Shown here piece by piece: positions 1 through 10,327 of a stretch of 64,000 nt of DNA. Origin of the DNA: Anaerolineae bacterium (GTDB taxonomy: Bacteria; Chloroflexota; Anaerolineae; S140-20). The position numbers and the translations under genes were made by a program. The notes beneath the pieces were generated by a model. The model ran no database searches. It saw only the letters and a list, made by a program, of their open reading frames with translations, and was not told the origin of the DNA. Position 1 is the first letter of the stretch. Every line of letters starts with the position of its first letter. The stretch covers positions 19,310 through 83,309 of the forward strand of contig JALUTT010000164.1 in the NCBI GenBank assembly GCA_027021705.1. Direction: 5' to 3'.

Positions 1-2
1 TG

Positions 3-3000
3 ATTGAGCAATACCGTAGGACGTATGGTGACAATCCCTGGCCCTCCACAGTCAAGGCCCTGTTGGTGCAATCGGCTCACGACCTGAACGATGGAACAAG
101 CTGGTACAATCCAGGCCCTGATTACGCTTCTGGGTACGGCTTGGTTGATGCGAAAGCCGCTGTAGACCTGGTACGTGCGCAGGCAATTCGGCAGGACACC
201 ATTGACGTGGATGACGAGATTGATGTCTTTTCTGTATGGGTTATGACAGGGACTACCCAGGTCAAATTCACCCTGGCATGGGACGACCCAGCTGCGGTCG
301 AAAATGCTAACTCCACCCTGATCAACGATCTCGACTTGTTAGTGATTGATCCGAACGGGGACTCGTATCACGCATGGGTCCTCGAACCTATGACTCCGAC
401 CCTTGATGCGACGACCGGATGGAATGACAAGGATAACCTAGAACAGGTGCTTGTATCGGATCCAACCGGTCTGCCCCCTGGAAAATGGGAGATATGGGTC
501 TGGGGATGGGACGTGCAACAGGGGCCTCAAGATTACTCGCTGGTATCTGAGATGCTCTTTGACATCTTGAAGCCGCGAGGAGATGGACAAGTTTACGCAG
601 GCCCGGCATCCAGCCCTCAGAAAATCGTCATAGAGACCACCAAGCCCAGAGGTGGACTGGATACAAGCCAATTCCAAGTAATGATCGGCAAACAACCGGC
701 CCGGATTCTGACTCTCTACGAAGGGAGTGATCGGTACGTGCTTGAAGTGATGCCGGCCTCGCCCCCCGCCAACGGTAGCTACGATCTCTCCGTTATGATC
801 CCTGCAGCCTCGGTCTGGAATGTTAAAGAAGAAGCTGTCCTGTTTGCCGACGTAGCGAACGTAGATGTAGTTCTCACCATTGATCGCTCAGGAAGCATGG
901 GCACTAGTAAAATGGAAGCAGCCAAGGAAGCCGCCAAGCAGTTTGTGGACCTGATGCAATACGGCGATATGGTCGGCGTGGTGAGTTTCGACGACCTGGT
1001 TGAAACGAACTTTCCCCTGACCACGATTGAGCCCCCCCCTTCTGTTCCTCCTGCCTTCCACGATGATATGGAAGCAGGCACAAGCAACTGGATTGCTGAT
1101 ACCCCGTGGGCACTAACGACGGCTTCGTCCTTCAGCCCCTCTCACGCATGGACGGATAGTCCAGGCGGCAACTACGAGAACAACCTGAACATCTCTTTAC
1201 AGACTGCTACTCCCATCAGTGTTTCTAGTACGATTATTACCCCGGTTCTCCGCTTCTGGCACCGGTATGAACTTGAGCCGTGGGATGATCGAGGATATGT
1301 TGAAGTATCCACCGATGGTGGCAGTAACTGGATACACCTAGTTACTTTCACGGGGATCAATCCCACCTGGCATCAAGTTGAGTTGGACCTCAGCAACTAC
1401 AAAGGGCAGTACATTCTTGTCCGGTTCCGGCTCTCAACGGACTCCAGCACAACGTACGATGGCTGGTACATTGATGATGTGACGATAGGCCAAAGTAACG
1501 CCAATGCCAAAACATGGGCTAAAGACGCTATTGATTCGCTTTACAGCCGAGATATGACTTCCATTGGCGGCGGGTTGCAGCGTGCCCAAGAACAGCTATC
1601 CACGCGAGGTAATGCGAACCATCCTTGGGCCATCGTTCTGTTGAGTGACGGTCTGGAAAACAGGACGCCCTATGTCATAGATGTGCTACCTACCATCAAG
1701 GCCAGTAAGACAGTGGTGCATACGATTGGACTTGGTTCAGATGCCGACGAAGCTTTGATGCTGGATATTGCCTCCCAGACCGGAGGTACCTACAACTTCG
1801 CTCCCACCCCGGAGGAACTCTCAAGAGTTTACAACACGATTGCTGGTACAGTCGCTGATCGCCAGACCCTGCTCGCCATAACAGGCATTGCCCAACAGGG
1901 GGTAACAGATCAGATAGATGTCGTCGTGGATTCAACGATATCCGAGGCAACCTTCTCCATAAGCTGGTCTGATAGCAACAGTACCCTTGACCTGGAACTC
2001 CGCAAACCGAATGGGGATATCATTGATCCCACAGTCGCCGCAAGTGACCCGAACCTTGAATATGTAGCGGGTTCAACGTACCGGTATTACCGCATCAAGA
2101 AACCCGCCCTTGCCGTCGGTGTGTGGCAAATGCAAGTCACAGGAGGATTGATCTCAACATCTCAAGAGGAAGGTTACACCACTCTGACCTCGGGTGAGCC
2201 CTATGTGGCGCGCGTCACCGCCCAGACGAGCTTGACCATGCGATTCTACCTTGACCGCGATAGCTACCTCACGACTGAACCGATCAAGCTTATCGCGACT
2301 TTGTCGGATGATCAGCCTATCTTGGACGCTACAGTGACCGTCTCAATCCAACCACCCTCTCAGGCCGCCTACGCCATTAGGTCGAGCCAGTGGGTCGAGA
2401 CCAACGGCGACACCATACCCGACCCGGCAAAGGCTGCCGAGATTCAAGCACGATTTACCCAAAGGACCACGTCGGTAACCCTGTATGATGACGGTCTACA
2501 CGATGATGGTGAGGCCGACGATGGCGTATATGCTAACGCCTTCGGTGGGACATTCGACCCGGGGACTTACACCTTCTACGCATCGGCAAGCGGTACGTCC
2601 AATATAGGTGAAGCGTTCACCAGACAATCGGACATCGCAACATACATCGCTCCGAACCCTTCCCCGAATATCCATCAGATTTTCCTGCCTATGGTGACTC
2701 GCAATCTTGCCGGAAGAGCTGTCTACAATTGGCTCGATGCCACTGCCGGCGGCACCATCGTGGCAAATGGTGATGACACCTATGAATACGTTGACCTCCC
2801 GTTCGCCTTTAGCTTCTATGGCAACACCTATACGGGACTGTACGTGTCCTCAAACGGGTTCGTCAGCTTCGGCTCGGGATACGCTACTCACAGAAACCAT
2901 TGCATTCCCAGCGCCAGCGCTCCCAACAACGCTATCTACGCTTTCTGGGACGATTTGACACCCACGGGCGGCAGTAATGGCAATGTTTACGTGAAACAGA

Positions 3001-3248
3001 TTGACAGCGATACTGTCGTCATCGAATGGTATCGTGTCAGGAAGTACGGCACTGCTGACTACCAGACGTTCGAGATTGTTCTGAGAAGTGACCACTCAGC
3101 GACCCTGCAGTACCAATCTGTGAGCAATACCGACTCGGCGACAGTAGGTGTGGAGAACGCCACGGGTACGCTTGCCCAGCAATACATCTGTAACGGCACG
3201 GGGACACCTCCCACCAACCGGTCGGCGATCCGGTACACAACTCCGTAA
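3..3248 (+). CDS. 5'-truncated S8 (subtilisin-like) peptidase fused to vWA (with an inserted jelly-roll domain), a choice-of-anchor-X/CLCA-like beta domain, an internal IFLPMVTR motif and a C-terminal nidogen-like domain
   Basis: The frame is open from base 3 (IEQYRRTYGDNPWPSTVKALLVQSA...GYGLVDAKAAV, typical of an S8 C-terminus). It contains MIDAS DRSGS, LLSDG, LYDDGLHDDGEADDGVY and LPFAFSFYG...VSSNG...AFWDDL. Confidence 0.8.
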   Translation: MEQYRRTYGDNPWPSTVKALLVQSAHDLNDGTSWYNPGPDYASGYGLVDAKAAVDLVRAQAIRQDTIDVDDEIDVFSVWVMTGTTQVKFTLAWDDPAAVENANSTLINDLDLLVIDPNGDSYHAWVLEPMTPTLDATTGWNDKDNLEQVLVSDPTGLPPGKWEIWVWGWDVQQGPQDYSLVSEMLFDILKPRGDGQVYAGPASSPQKIVIETTKPRGGLDTSQFQVMIGKQPARILTLYEGSDRYVLEVMPASPPANGSYDLSVMIPAASVWNVKEEAVLFADVANVDVVLTIDRSGSMGTSKMEAAKEAAKQFVDLMQYGDMVGVVSFDDLVETNFPLTTIEPPPSVPPAFHDDMEAGTSNWIADTPWALTTASSFSPSHAWTDSPGGNYENNLNISLQTATPISVSSTIITPVLRFWHRYELEPWDDRGYVEVSTDGGSNWIHLVTFTGINPTWHQVELDLSNYKGQYILVRFRLSTDSSTTYDGWYIDDVTIGQSNANAKTWAKDAIDSLYSRDMTSIGGGLQRAQEQLSTRGNANHPWAIVLLSDGLENRTPYVIDVLPTIKASKTVVHTIGLGSDADEALMLDIASQTGGTYNFAPTPEELSRVYNTIAGTVADRQTLLAITGIAQQGVTDQIDVVVDSTISEATFSISWSDSNSTLDLELRKPNGDIIDPTVAASDPNLEYVAGSTYRYYRIKKPALAVGVWQMQVTGGLISTSQEEGYTTLTSGEPYVARVTAQTSLTMRFYLDRDSYLTTEPIKLIATLSDDQPILDATVTVSIQPPSQAAYAIRSSQWVETNGDTIPDPAKAAEIQARFTQRTTSVTLYDDGLHDDGEADDGVYANAFGGTFDPGTYTFYASASGTSNIGEAFTRQSDIATYIAPNPSPNIHQIFLPMVTRNLAGRAVYNWLDATAGGTIVANGDDTYEYVDLPFAFSFYGNTYTGLYVSSNGFVSFGSGYATHRNHCIPSASAPNNAIYAFWDDLTPTGGSNGNVYVKQIDSDTVVIEWYRVRKYGTADYQTFEIVLRSDHSATLQYQSVSNTDSATVGVENATGTLAQQYICNGTGTPPTNRSAIRYTTP

Positions 3249-3259
3249 CTTATTGTCAT

Positions 3260-3310
3260 ACAACGAGGGTGCCAGGGTGGGGATGCTCCACCTTAGCACC
3301 GTGTTACCCT
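3260..3310 (+). terminator. Imperfect GC hairpin after the S8/vWA gene, possible terminator
   Basis: ggtgc..gggtgg / ccacc..gcacc inverted repeat just after the stop; no clear U-tract. Confidence 0.35.
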
Positions 3311-3412
3311 AAACCTATGCTTGCCTTCAGCCCCCTAACTCTAGTACGAAGCTGGAAATAGCTTACTCGGTCAGCAAAGTACCCTTTCAAGGAACGTGTG
3401 AGGAGGTTGGAA

Positions 3413-4726
3413 ATGAGGAGGCCACCCTTGATCTGCCTGCTGGGCGCTGTGCTAGTGACCTACTTATTCATAGGGATATGGAAGGCTACCCAGGCTCAAG
3501 GGAAAGTAGAGCACCAGCTTTGCATTGCCTTGGACGGCTCCGGAAGCATCTCAACTGATGACTTCGCCCTTCAAGTCACCGGCCTGGCTAATGCTGTTGG
3601 GGATCCCTCAGTGGTTCCCCAAGATGGGTCCGTTGAATTCAGCCTCGTTCAATTCGGTACATCTGATCCAGAGGGTGCCCGGGTAGAAGTCCAGGCCGTG
3701 GTCATTGACAGTCCCCAGACCGCTTCAAGCGTCGTTGCCACCATCCGAGCGCTGGAGCAAGGTGGTAATGGTACACCTATGGACGCCGGAATCGACCTGT
3801 GTACAGCCCAGATCACCGGTTCGCTTCATTTCGCCGACGCGCGCCACCAGGTCATTAACTTGTCTACAGATGGACAACCGACCGACAGAACAGCCACCTT
3901 GGCAGCACGGGATGCAGCTGTAGCCGCCGGGATTGACGAACTGGATGCTGAAGCCGTTGGAACGAGTGCTGATGTGGACTTCCTGGCAACGTTGGTCTAC
4001 CCCCAGCCCGGCACTGTTATTCCACCTGGAAGCTACTCACCTGGTTTCGTCCGCGTGATCAGCTCGTTCGCCGATTTTGAGGAAGCCATCCGAGAAAAAC
4101 TGCGCTATGTTTTCCAATCAACTCCCACTCCTCCTCCCATTCCCCAGGCTTACCCCGTTTACCTCCCCCTCGTCGTCAAGCCGGCCGCCCTGCCCGACCT
4201 CATCGTCCGCTCCCTCACCGTCCAACCCTCCTCCCTTTGGGCCGGCCAGCCCGCCTCCATCACCCTCCTCATCGAAAACATCGGCACCGCCCCCGCCAAC
4301 GGCCCCTTCTGGGTGGACCTCTACATCAACCCCGACCCCGCCCTGATGCCCCCCAAGACCAACCAGACCTGGGACCGGGCCGGCAGTCAGTTCGGCATCG
4401 CCTGGCTCATCACCCCTTCCCGCTCCCTCGCCCCAGGCGACCAGATCACCCTCACCTCTCAAGACTACGCCGACGACTGGAGCTTCTGGCCCGGCTACTT
4501 CACCCGCGTCGGCGACCAGGTCCTCTACGCTCAGGTGGACTCCTACAACGGCTCTTCCCCCTTCGCCGCCGTCGAGGAGTCGGACGAGAGCAACAACGCC
4601 TTCGGCCCGGTCTTGGTTCCCGTCGTCTGCCCTGTCACCTTGGGCGAGAGCTGCCTCCCCCTGGGAGACCAGGGCTTCGACCGGCCCTTCCGGCCCGCGC
4701 CCCGGCCTCTCCGGCCTCGACCTTAG
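3413..4726 (+). CDS. Secreted DUF1194-like vWA protein with an internal YPVYLPLVVK motif and a C-terminal CARDB-like domain
   Basis: ATG 3413 follows AGGAGG; signal peptide; LDGSGS MIDAS, LSTDG; PDLIV...NIGT...VEESDESNN CARDB signature. Confidence 0.8.
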   Translation: MRRPPLICLLGAVLVTYLFIGIWKATQAQGKVEHQLCIALDGSGSISTDDFALQVTGLANAVGDPSVVPQDGSVEFSLVQFGTSDPEGARVEVQAVVIDSPQTASSVVATIRALEQGGNGTPMDAGIDLCTAQITGSLHFADARHQVINLSTDGQPTDRTATLAARDAAVAAGIDELDAEAVGTSADVDFLATLVYPQPGTVIPPGSYSPGFVRVISSFADFEEAIREKLRYVFQSTPTPPPIPQAYPVYLPLVVKPAALPDLIVRSLTVQPSSLWAGQPASITLLIENIGTAPANGPFWVDLYINPDPALMPPKTNQTWDRAGSQFGIAWLITPSRSLAPGDQITLTSQDYADDWSFWPGYFTRVGDQVLYAQVDSYNGSSPFAAVEESDESNNAFGPVLVPVVCPVTLGESCLPLGDQGFDRPFRPAPRPLRPRP

Positions 4727-5183
4727 AGGCTGTCACCCTCCCGCAGGTCACGCGGTGCCCGGCGACAGCGATGGTTTATCGGAGGCTGCCTTGACGCGCT
4801 TCAGACCGTGGGGGGAATCTGCAGGCGGGTTAGCTTAGTAACGCTCTTGGAGGAAAGAACGATGGAGAAGAGAGGACTTCGATGGTTCGTGATGATGGTC
4901 TTTCTGGCCAGCCTGCTGGTGGTAGGGCTTCCCGGTCGGGGGGCGGCGGCGTTGGGGGTGGGGGTGCAGTTGACGCCCCGCCCGACGGTGCCGCCGGGCA
5001 CGGTGCCTCCGCCGACGCCCTGCCCGCCGACCTCGACGCCGGCGTTGGCTCCTTCACCGACGCCGGCCCCGCCGCTGCTCGCTTCGCCGACGCCGACCTC
5101 GGTGGTCATCCTGCCCGAGGCCGGAGCTGCCCCGTCCGGTCCTGGGGTCTCGCTTCTGGTCGTCCTGGGCCTGCTGGCGGTGG
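4151..5183 (+). repeat. Copy 1 of a ~1 kb near-identical duplicated cassette (YLPL motif + CARDB + intergenic + LPEAG gene)
   Basis: Aligns by eye with 21864-22875, with few substitutions and two small indels. Confidence 0.95.
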
Positions 5184-5233
5184 TCGTCGGGTTGGCCTGG
5201 CGATGCCAATGGCGGGCAAGAGGGACTGTCTGA
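4862..5233 (+). CDS. Small Pro/Thr-rich secreted protein with an LPEAG sortase-like sorting signal
   Basis: ATG 4862 follows GGAGG; signal peptide, PT linker, then LPEAG + hydrophobic helix + basic tail (WRCQWRAR). Confidence 0.75.
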   Translation: MEKRGLRWFVMMVFLASLLVVGLPGRGAAALGVGVQLTPRPTVPPGTVPPPTPCPPTSTPALAPSPTPAPPLLASPTPTSVVILPEAGAAPSGPGVSLLVVLGLLAVVVGLAWRCQWRARGTV

Positions 5234-5343
5234 GAAACCCCCTGAACCCGACTCCGGTGAGCTACCCTTATCGCTGGGCACTGCCCAACCTGCGGAGGAT
5301 TAAGGGCATCAAAATACCTAAATCCACAGCGAGAGGTGAAAGT

Positions 5344-8300
5344 ATGAAGGGAGATGGAAAATTTTTCAGCATATTGCCTATCCTGCTAGTCCTGGCCTTG
5401 CTTGCGAGCGGAGCACTGACAGCGCGGAAGCCTCAGCCAGTCTCTACGCCCGCGTTGGTGACAGCAGCAGAGGGACTCCGCTCCTCCTCGGAGGGCTCCA
5501 TCGCCACCCTCTCTCCACTCCCGCCCAGCGAGCAAGGAGAGGGTGCCAGAAGACAGAATGAGAGCACAGCCTCCGTGGACGAAGCCGTTCGCGCCCATGC
5601 TCAGAACCTACTCGATAGCCTCCCCCTCGACTTCATCCCCAACCAAGGACAGGTAGACGAACAGGTGGACTTCTACGTTAAGGGTCGTGACAAACTCATT
5701 TACTTTACCCCCCAGGGCCTCACCTTCGTCCTCACCACCATCCTTGAAACGAACAGCACAGTCGGGATAGACAACATACTGAACCCCTCATCACCACCCA
5801 CCGCTCCTCATCCGCAATCTGCTACCCGCTGGGTCGTCAAACTGGACTTCGTGGACGCCAACCCCGACGTGCATCCCGTGGGCGAGGAGAAGACCGACAC
5901 CACCGTCTCCTACTTCAAGGGCTCCCCTGACCAATGGCACACCGGCATCCCCACCTATCGCCGCATCGTCTACAAAGACCTGTGGCCGGGGATTGACCTG
6001 GCCTTCACCGGCACGGTCAACGAGCTCAAGTACGAGTTCATCGTCCGTCCGGGAGCAGACCCGGACCGGATCCGTCTGACCTACCGAGGTGCGGAGGTGG
6101 TCCAGGCTGCTGACGGCTCTCTGGAGATCACCACCCCCGTCGGCGGCTTCACCGACGTCTCCCCCACCGCCTACCAGGAGATTGAAGGCCGCCGGGTGCC
6201 TGTGTCGGTGGCTTACGACCTGGCCCCCCCGGTCGCCGACCCGCAACCTGCAACCCGCCACGTACGATTCGCCGTCGGCCCTTACGACCCCACCCGCCCG
6301 TTGGTGCTCGACCCCGCCATCTTGATCTACTGCGGCTACATCGGTGGCACGGGCGGTGACTATGGCCTAGGCATTGCCGTGGATGAAGCAGGAAATGCCT
6401 ACGTTGTAGGCCAAACTTACTCCTCTGAAAGCAGAGGGTTTCCCGTGTCCGCCGGACCGGACCCGACTTTCAACGATGATGATGACCCAGATGCTTTTGT
6501 CGCCAAGGTGCGAGCGGATGGGACAGGGCTAGACTACTGCGGCTATATCGGCGGTGCAAACGAAGACTCTGGCTGGGACATCGCTGTGGATGGGGCAGGG
6601 AATGCCTATATCGTAGGCACGACTTACTCCTCTCCTAGTGAGGGATTTCCTGTGACCGTCGGGCCAGACTTGACCTTCAATGGCTCCAAGGACGCTTTCG
6701 TCGCCAAGGTGCGGGCCGATGGAACGAGGCTGGACTACTGCGGCTACATCGGTGGGACAGATGAGGACTCCGGGTGGGGCATCGCCGTGGATGGAGCAGG
6801 GAATGCCTACATCGTGGGCCGAACCTACTCCTCTGAAAGCGAGGGCTTCCCCGTAGCCGTTGGGCCGGATTTAACCTTCAATGGTGATGACAATTCGGAT
6901 GCCTTCGTCGCCAAGGTGCAGGCGGATGGAGCAAGGCTGGACTACTGTGGCTACATCGGTGGCATAGACAACGATCTGGGCTGGGACATCGCCGTGGATG
7001 AGATAGGAAATGCCTACATCGTGGGCACAACTTACTCCTCTTTCGGCGAGGGCTTTCCCGTGGCCGTCGGGCCGGACTTGACCTTCAATGATGATGATGA
7101 TGAGCCAGATGCCTTCGTCGCCAAGGTGCGGGCGGATGGAACAGGGCTGGATTACTGTGGCTACATCGGTGGGACAGACGAGGACTCCGGCTGGGGTATT
7201 GCCGTAGACGGAGCAGGGAATGCCTACGTTGTGGGTACAACTTACTCCTCCCCCGGTGAGGGCTTTCCCGTGGCCGTCGGGCCGGACTTGACCTTTAACG
7301 GCCTCAAAGATGCCTTCGTCGCCAGGGTGCGAGCCGACGGGAGGTGGCTCGACTACTGTGGCTACATTGGCGGGTTGGATTGGGACGAAGGTCTCGGCAT
7401 TGCTGTAGACAGGGTAGGGAACGCCTACGTCGCAGGCACGACTCACTCCTCCCCTAGCGAGAACTTTCCCGTGATCGTCGGGCCGGACCTGACCTTCAAC
7501 GGTGGCTACAAGGACGCTTTCGTAGCCAAGGTGCAGGCCGGCGGAGTAAGGCTCGACTACTGTGGTTACATTGGCGGCTCAGCTTCTGACTACGGTTACG
7601 GCATCGCCGTGGATGGGACAGGAAATACCTACGTTGTGGGCACAACCGACTCCTCCCCCATCGAGGGCTTCCCAGTAACCATTGGACCGAGTCTGACCTT
7701 CAACGGCTACAGAGACGCTTTCGTGGCCAGGATATGGGCAGAGAGTGGATCAGGGCCCTTTATCCTCCCAGTGTATCCCGGAACTCACACCATCAGCAAC
7801 ACTGTTATGCAAGGCGGAACAACTTACCGCTACTTCCGCTTGCTCGATTCGACCCACAACCCCATATCCAATGCCACTATCACCCTCAGCACTGGCAGCA
7901 CCGCCACCACTGATGCTCAAGGCTACTTCACCGCCACCATTGCCGCTGATTCTCTAGGAGGTGTCGGAAGCTACATGGTAAGCATTCAAAGCGTGACTTA
8001 CGGAGGTCAAACTTATGATACCGCTGGGCAGCCTGCTTTTCCCGTTCAGGTCACCGATCGGCGCTATTCCTATGCTTGGAGCTATGGAGCGTCTACAAAG
8101 CTTAAAGGTGGCATCTCTGCCGGCCTTATCGCTTACCTGCAATATACCACCTCAGGTGGCATGGAACTCAAGCTAGATGAAAGCGACCCCAACATCTCCT
8201 CAGATGACGTTGTTTCGATGAAAGAGGACTTCAGTGACGAGGTTGGCATCGGTGGCGGCATAGGGATTGAGGGAGAAGTAAATATCCTTATCTTGAAGAT

Positions 8301-10221
8301 CAAAGGAGGAGCATCAGCGACATCGGAGTGGGCCATTCGTTCCATCGGCAGTACTCAGGCACGCTTCTCCAACCCCTACTCAGATAATGACCGCAAGGCC
8401 GCGGGCGTTTTCCTACTAGCTTCGGTGATTGATAGCATCGGACAGGCTTTCCCTGGACAACCCCTTGCTATGCGGCTCTTAAAATTGTCCCTCGATCGTG
8501 GAGCGCCTTATCGGGATTACATCTCTCGCCAGCAAGCTGGGCTAGGGAGCAAAATCACCCCGCTTCAGGCCAACGTGGGCGCAAGCGCCTCTTTGGGCAT
8601 CAAGCGGAGTGGCCTCGCCTGGGAAGAGCGCATCCTGGGCTTCGACCTGGTGGATGTGGGCGTGACCGTCGTGCAAATGAACACCCTCACCGACTACCGT
8701 GACCGCAACGAGTGGGGATTGGGCTATGAATCCGAGCACGAGATAAATTGGTCACTGCTTTCCTGGCAGATCGGGGACCTCAGGAACAAGCTTGCTGGCA
8801 CCATCGGTGACGGAGCTAAAAAGGCTAAGGTGGAACTCATCTTTGACAGTGACACCAACGCCTTAAAGCGGTTAGAAATTTCGTTTACTGGTGAGGGAAA
8901 TCCCTATGCTTTTACCGATGTATTAAAGGAAGAAGTGACCTTTAAGCTCATTATCCCCGCCAATTCCCTGGGTGATGACCGTCTTGCTCGTTTAGTAAAC
9001 ATCATCCGTCTGCTGAGCGCTGCCCAACGAATCGACACCGATCCGCTCCAGATAGGGCCCTCAGCAATGGCCGAGGAACTGAACACCCTGTTGGAAGGTC
9101 TGAGATATGCCGAATACGAGATCACAGTAGATGATGGGGCCGAAACACGCTTTGAGATCAGCTTGAGCGTGACAGCAGGGATTGACATCAGCCTGGGGCC
9201 GGGCCTCAAAATCAAGAAAGTACGTAGCCTGGTGAGAGAACGGGGCGTCTTCATCAACGGCCATCCTTACAGAACCGAATCCTATAATGCCGATGCCTAC
9301 GTCTCCCGCCCTGGCAAGTCCTGGCAAAGTTTGTCCACCAACGCTATGGGCGGGCTGTGGCTCCTGGTGCAAGACGCTTTTAGTTGGGTTTGGAAACAAG
9401 TAACATCGGGCGCAGGCTGGGTCATCAGCGCTATCTCCCGGACGGTGGACGGCATCATCCAAGGTGGCGCGCAGATCATTGCTCCACCGGGCACACAGCT
9501 CCACACAACGAATCCTGACCTACGGACAGGACCTATACAGCAAACAGAGCCCATCACCATCACCGCCATCGGTTGGGCACCTACCAGGCTTGGGAGCAGC
9601 ACAGCCCTCAACCTAGGCCCGACAACCGTTACGGCCTCTGGTGAGGGACTCGTGATCGGTGGTATCTACGCATTCCAGCCTTACACTCTGACCCTGAGCC
9701 CCGGCGCCACCCTTGTCATCACTTATACCGATGAAGCGGTTGCGGGAGTGAATGAGCACGCGATCGGGATGTTCCGCTGGAACCCAGAGGAAAGCAACTG
9801 GCAACCGCTGACGGCAATCTCAGACACGGCCCGTAACGTATTCACCGCCACCATCACCCAATTGGGCACCTTTGCTCTCGGGTACGATGTCACCCCACCT
9901 CAGATCACCATCTTGGAACCGGCAGACGGCAGCATCAACAACAACACGTTACCCCTCATCAGCGCTCTGGTGGTGGATACAGGAGGAGGAGTTGACCCAT
10001 CCACAGTGGAGATGCGATTGGATGGGCGATCTGTGGCAGCGGATTACATCACCAGTACGGGACAGCTCGTTTACTTGCCCCCAACACCGCTGGCAAATGG
10101 TCTCCACACAATAACGGTCTCAGCAAGAGACGTGTTGGGGAACGTCGGTTCTACATTGGCCACCTTCACTGTAGAGATACACTACACTCTCTACCTGCCG
10201 CTGATACTGCAGGATCGGTAA
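5344..10221 (+). CDS. Large secreted SBBP beta-propeller protein (7 YCGYIGG blades) with an unknown Gly-rich central domain, a GAIN/ZU5-like domain, an Ig-like domain and a YLPLILQ tail
   Basis: ATG 5344 follows GAGGTG (the ORF track's upstream extension overlaps the LPEAG gene). Signal peptide; FIPNQGQ N-terminal domain; 7 repeats of DAFVAKV...YCGYIGG. Confidence 0.85.
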   Translation: MKGDGKFFSILPILLVLALLASGALTARKPQPVSTPALVTAAEGLRSSSEGSIATLSPLPPSEQGEGARRQNESTASVDEAVRAHAQNLLDSLPLDFIPNQGQVDEQVDFYVKGRDKLIYFTPQGLTFVLTTILETNSTVGIDNILNPSSPPTAPHPQSATRWVVKLDFVDANPDVHPVGEEKTDTTVSYFKGSPDQWHTGIPTYRRIVYKDLWPGIDLAFTGTVNELKYEFIVRPGADPDRIRLTYRGAEVVQAADGSLEITTPVGGFTDVSPTAYQEIEGRRVPVSVAYDLAPPVADPQPATRHVRFAVGPYDPTRPLVLDPAILIYCGYIGGTGGDYGLGIAVDEAGNAYVVGQTYSSESRGFPVSAGPDPTFNDDDDPDAFVAKVRADGTGLDYCGYIGGANEDSGWDIAVDGAGNAYIVGTTYSSPSEGFPVTVGPDLTFNGSKDAFVAKVRADGTRLDYCGYIGGTDEDSGWGIAVDGAGNAYIVGRTYSSESEGFPVAVGPDLTFNGDDNSDAFVAKVQADGARLDYCGYIGGIDNDLGWDIAVDEIGNAYIVGTTYSSFGEGFPVAVGPDLTFNDDDDEPDAFVAKVRADGTGLDYCGYIGGTDEDSGWGIAVDGAGNAYVVGTTYSSPGEGFPVAVGPDLTFNGLKDAFVARVRADGRWLDYCGYIGGLDWDEGLGIAVDRVGNAYVAGTTHSSPSENFPVIVGPDLTFNGGYKDAFVAKVQAGGVRLDYCGYIGGSASDYGYGIAVDGTGNTYVVGTTDSSPIEGFPVTIGPSLTFNGYRDAFVARIWAESGSGPFILPVYPGTHTISNTVMQGGTTYRYFRLLDSTHNPISNATITLSTGSTATTDAQGYFTATIAADSLGGVGSYMVSIQSVTYGGQTYDTAGQPAFPVQVTDRRYSYAWSYGASTKLKGGISAGLIAYLQYTTSGGMELKLDESDPNISSDDVVSMKEDFSDEVGIGGGIGIEGEVNILILKIKGGASATSEWAIRSIGSTQARFSNPYSDNDRKAAGVFLLASVIDSIGQAFPGQPLAMRLLKLSLDRGAPYRDYISRQQAGLGSKITPLQANVGASASLGIKRSGLAWEERILGFDLVDVGVTVVQMNTLTDYRDRNEWGLGYESEHEINWSLLSWQIGDLRNKLAGTIGDGAKKAKVELIFDSDTNALKRLEISFTGEGNPYAFTDVLKEEVTFKLIIPANSLGDDRLARLVNIIRLLSAAQRIDTDPLQIGPSAMAEELNTLLEGLRYAEYEITVDDGAETRFEISLSVTAGIDISLGPGLKIKKVRSLVRERGVFINGHPYRTESYNADAYVSRPGKSWQSLSTNAMGGLWLLVQDAFSWVWKQVTSGAGWVISAISRTVDGIIQGGAQIIAPPGTQLHTTNPDLRTGPIQQTEPITITAIGWAPTRLGSSTALNLGPTTVTASGEGLVIGGIYAFQPYTLTLSPGATLVITYTDEAVAGVNEHAIGMFRWNPEESNWQPLTAISDTARNVFTATITQLGTFALGYDVTPPQITILEPADGSINNNTLPLISALVVDTGGGVDPSTVEMRLDGRSVAADYITSTGQLVYLPPTPLANGLHTITVSARDVLGNVGSTLATFTVEIHYTLYLPLILQDR
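5821..6345 (+). repeat. High-identity DNA repeat (pre-propeller domain) shared with 23351-23875
   Basis: Long exact runs, e.g. tacttcaagggctcccctgaccaatggcacaccggcatccccacc, occur in both copies. Confidence 0.9.
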
Positions 10222-10327
10222 GCGAGCAGTCCTCTTAATGTTGGTCATTCAGTTGAGGGGAGTCGAGGTGCGGTAAACGAAGACCAGATATCCAGGTCCA
10301 TCGAGTGACCTGAATCGAGGCAATGTT

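Noticed and set aside
4882..5343. N-terminal extensions of the 1779-aa ORF (and of the 1014-aa ORF at 22604-22942)
   Set aside because: They overlap the LPEAG genes in another frame; the real starts, with RBS and signal peptide, are at 5344 and 22943.
6330..7730. Regularly spaced DNA repeats that could be mistaken for a CRISPR array (also in the LVIVD and FG-GAP genes)
   Set aside because: They are in-frame protein repeats with degenerate third positions, no repeat-spacer structure and no cas genes.
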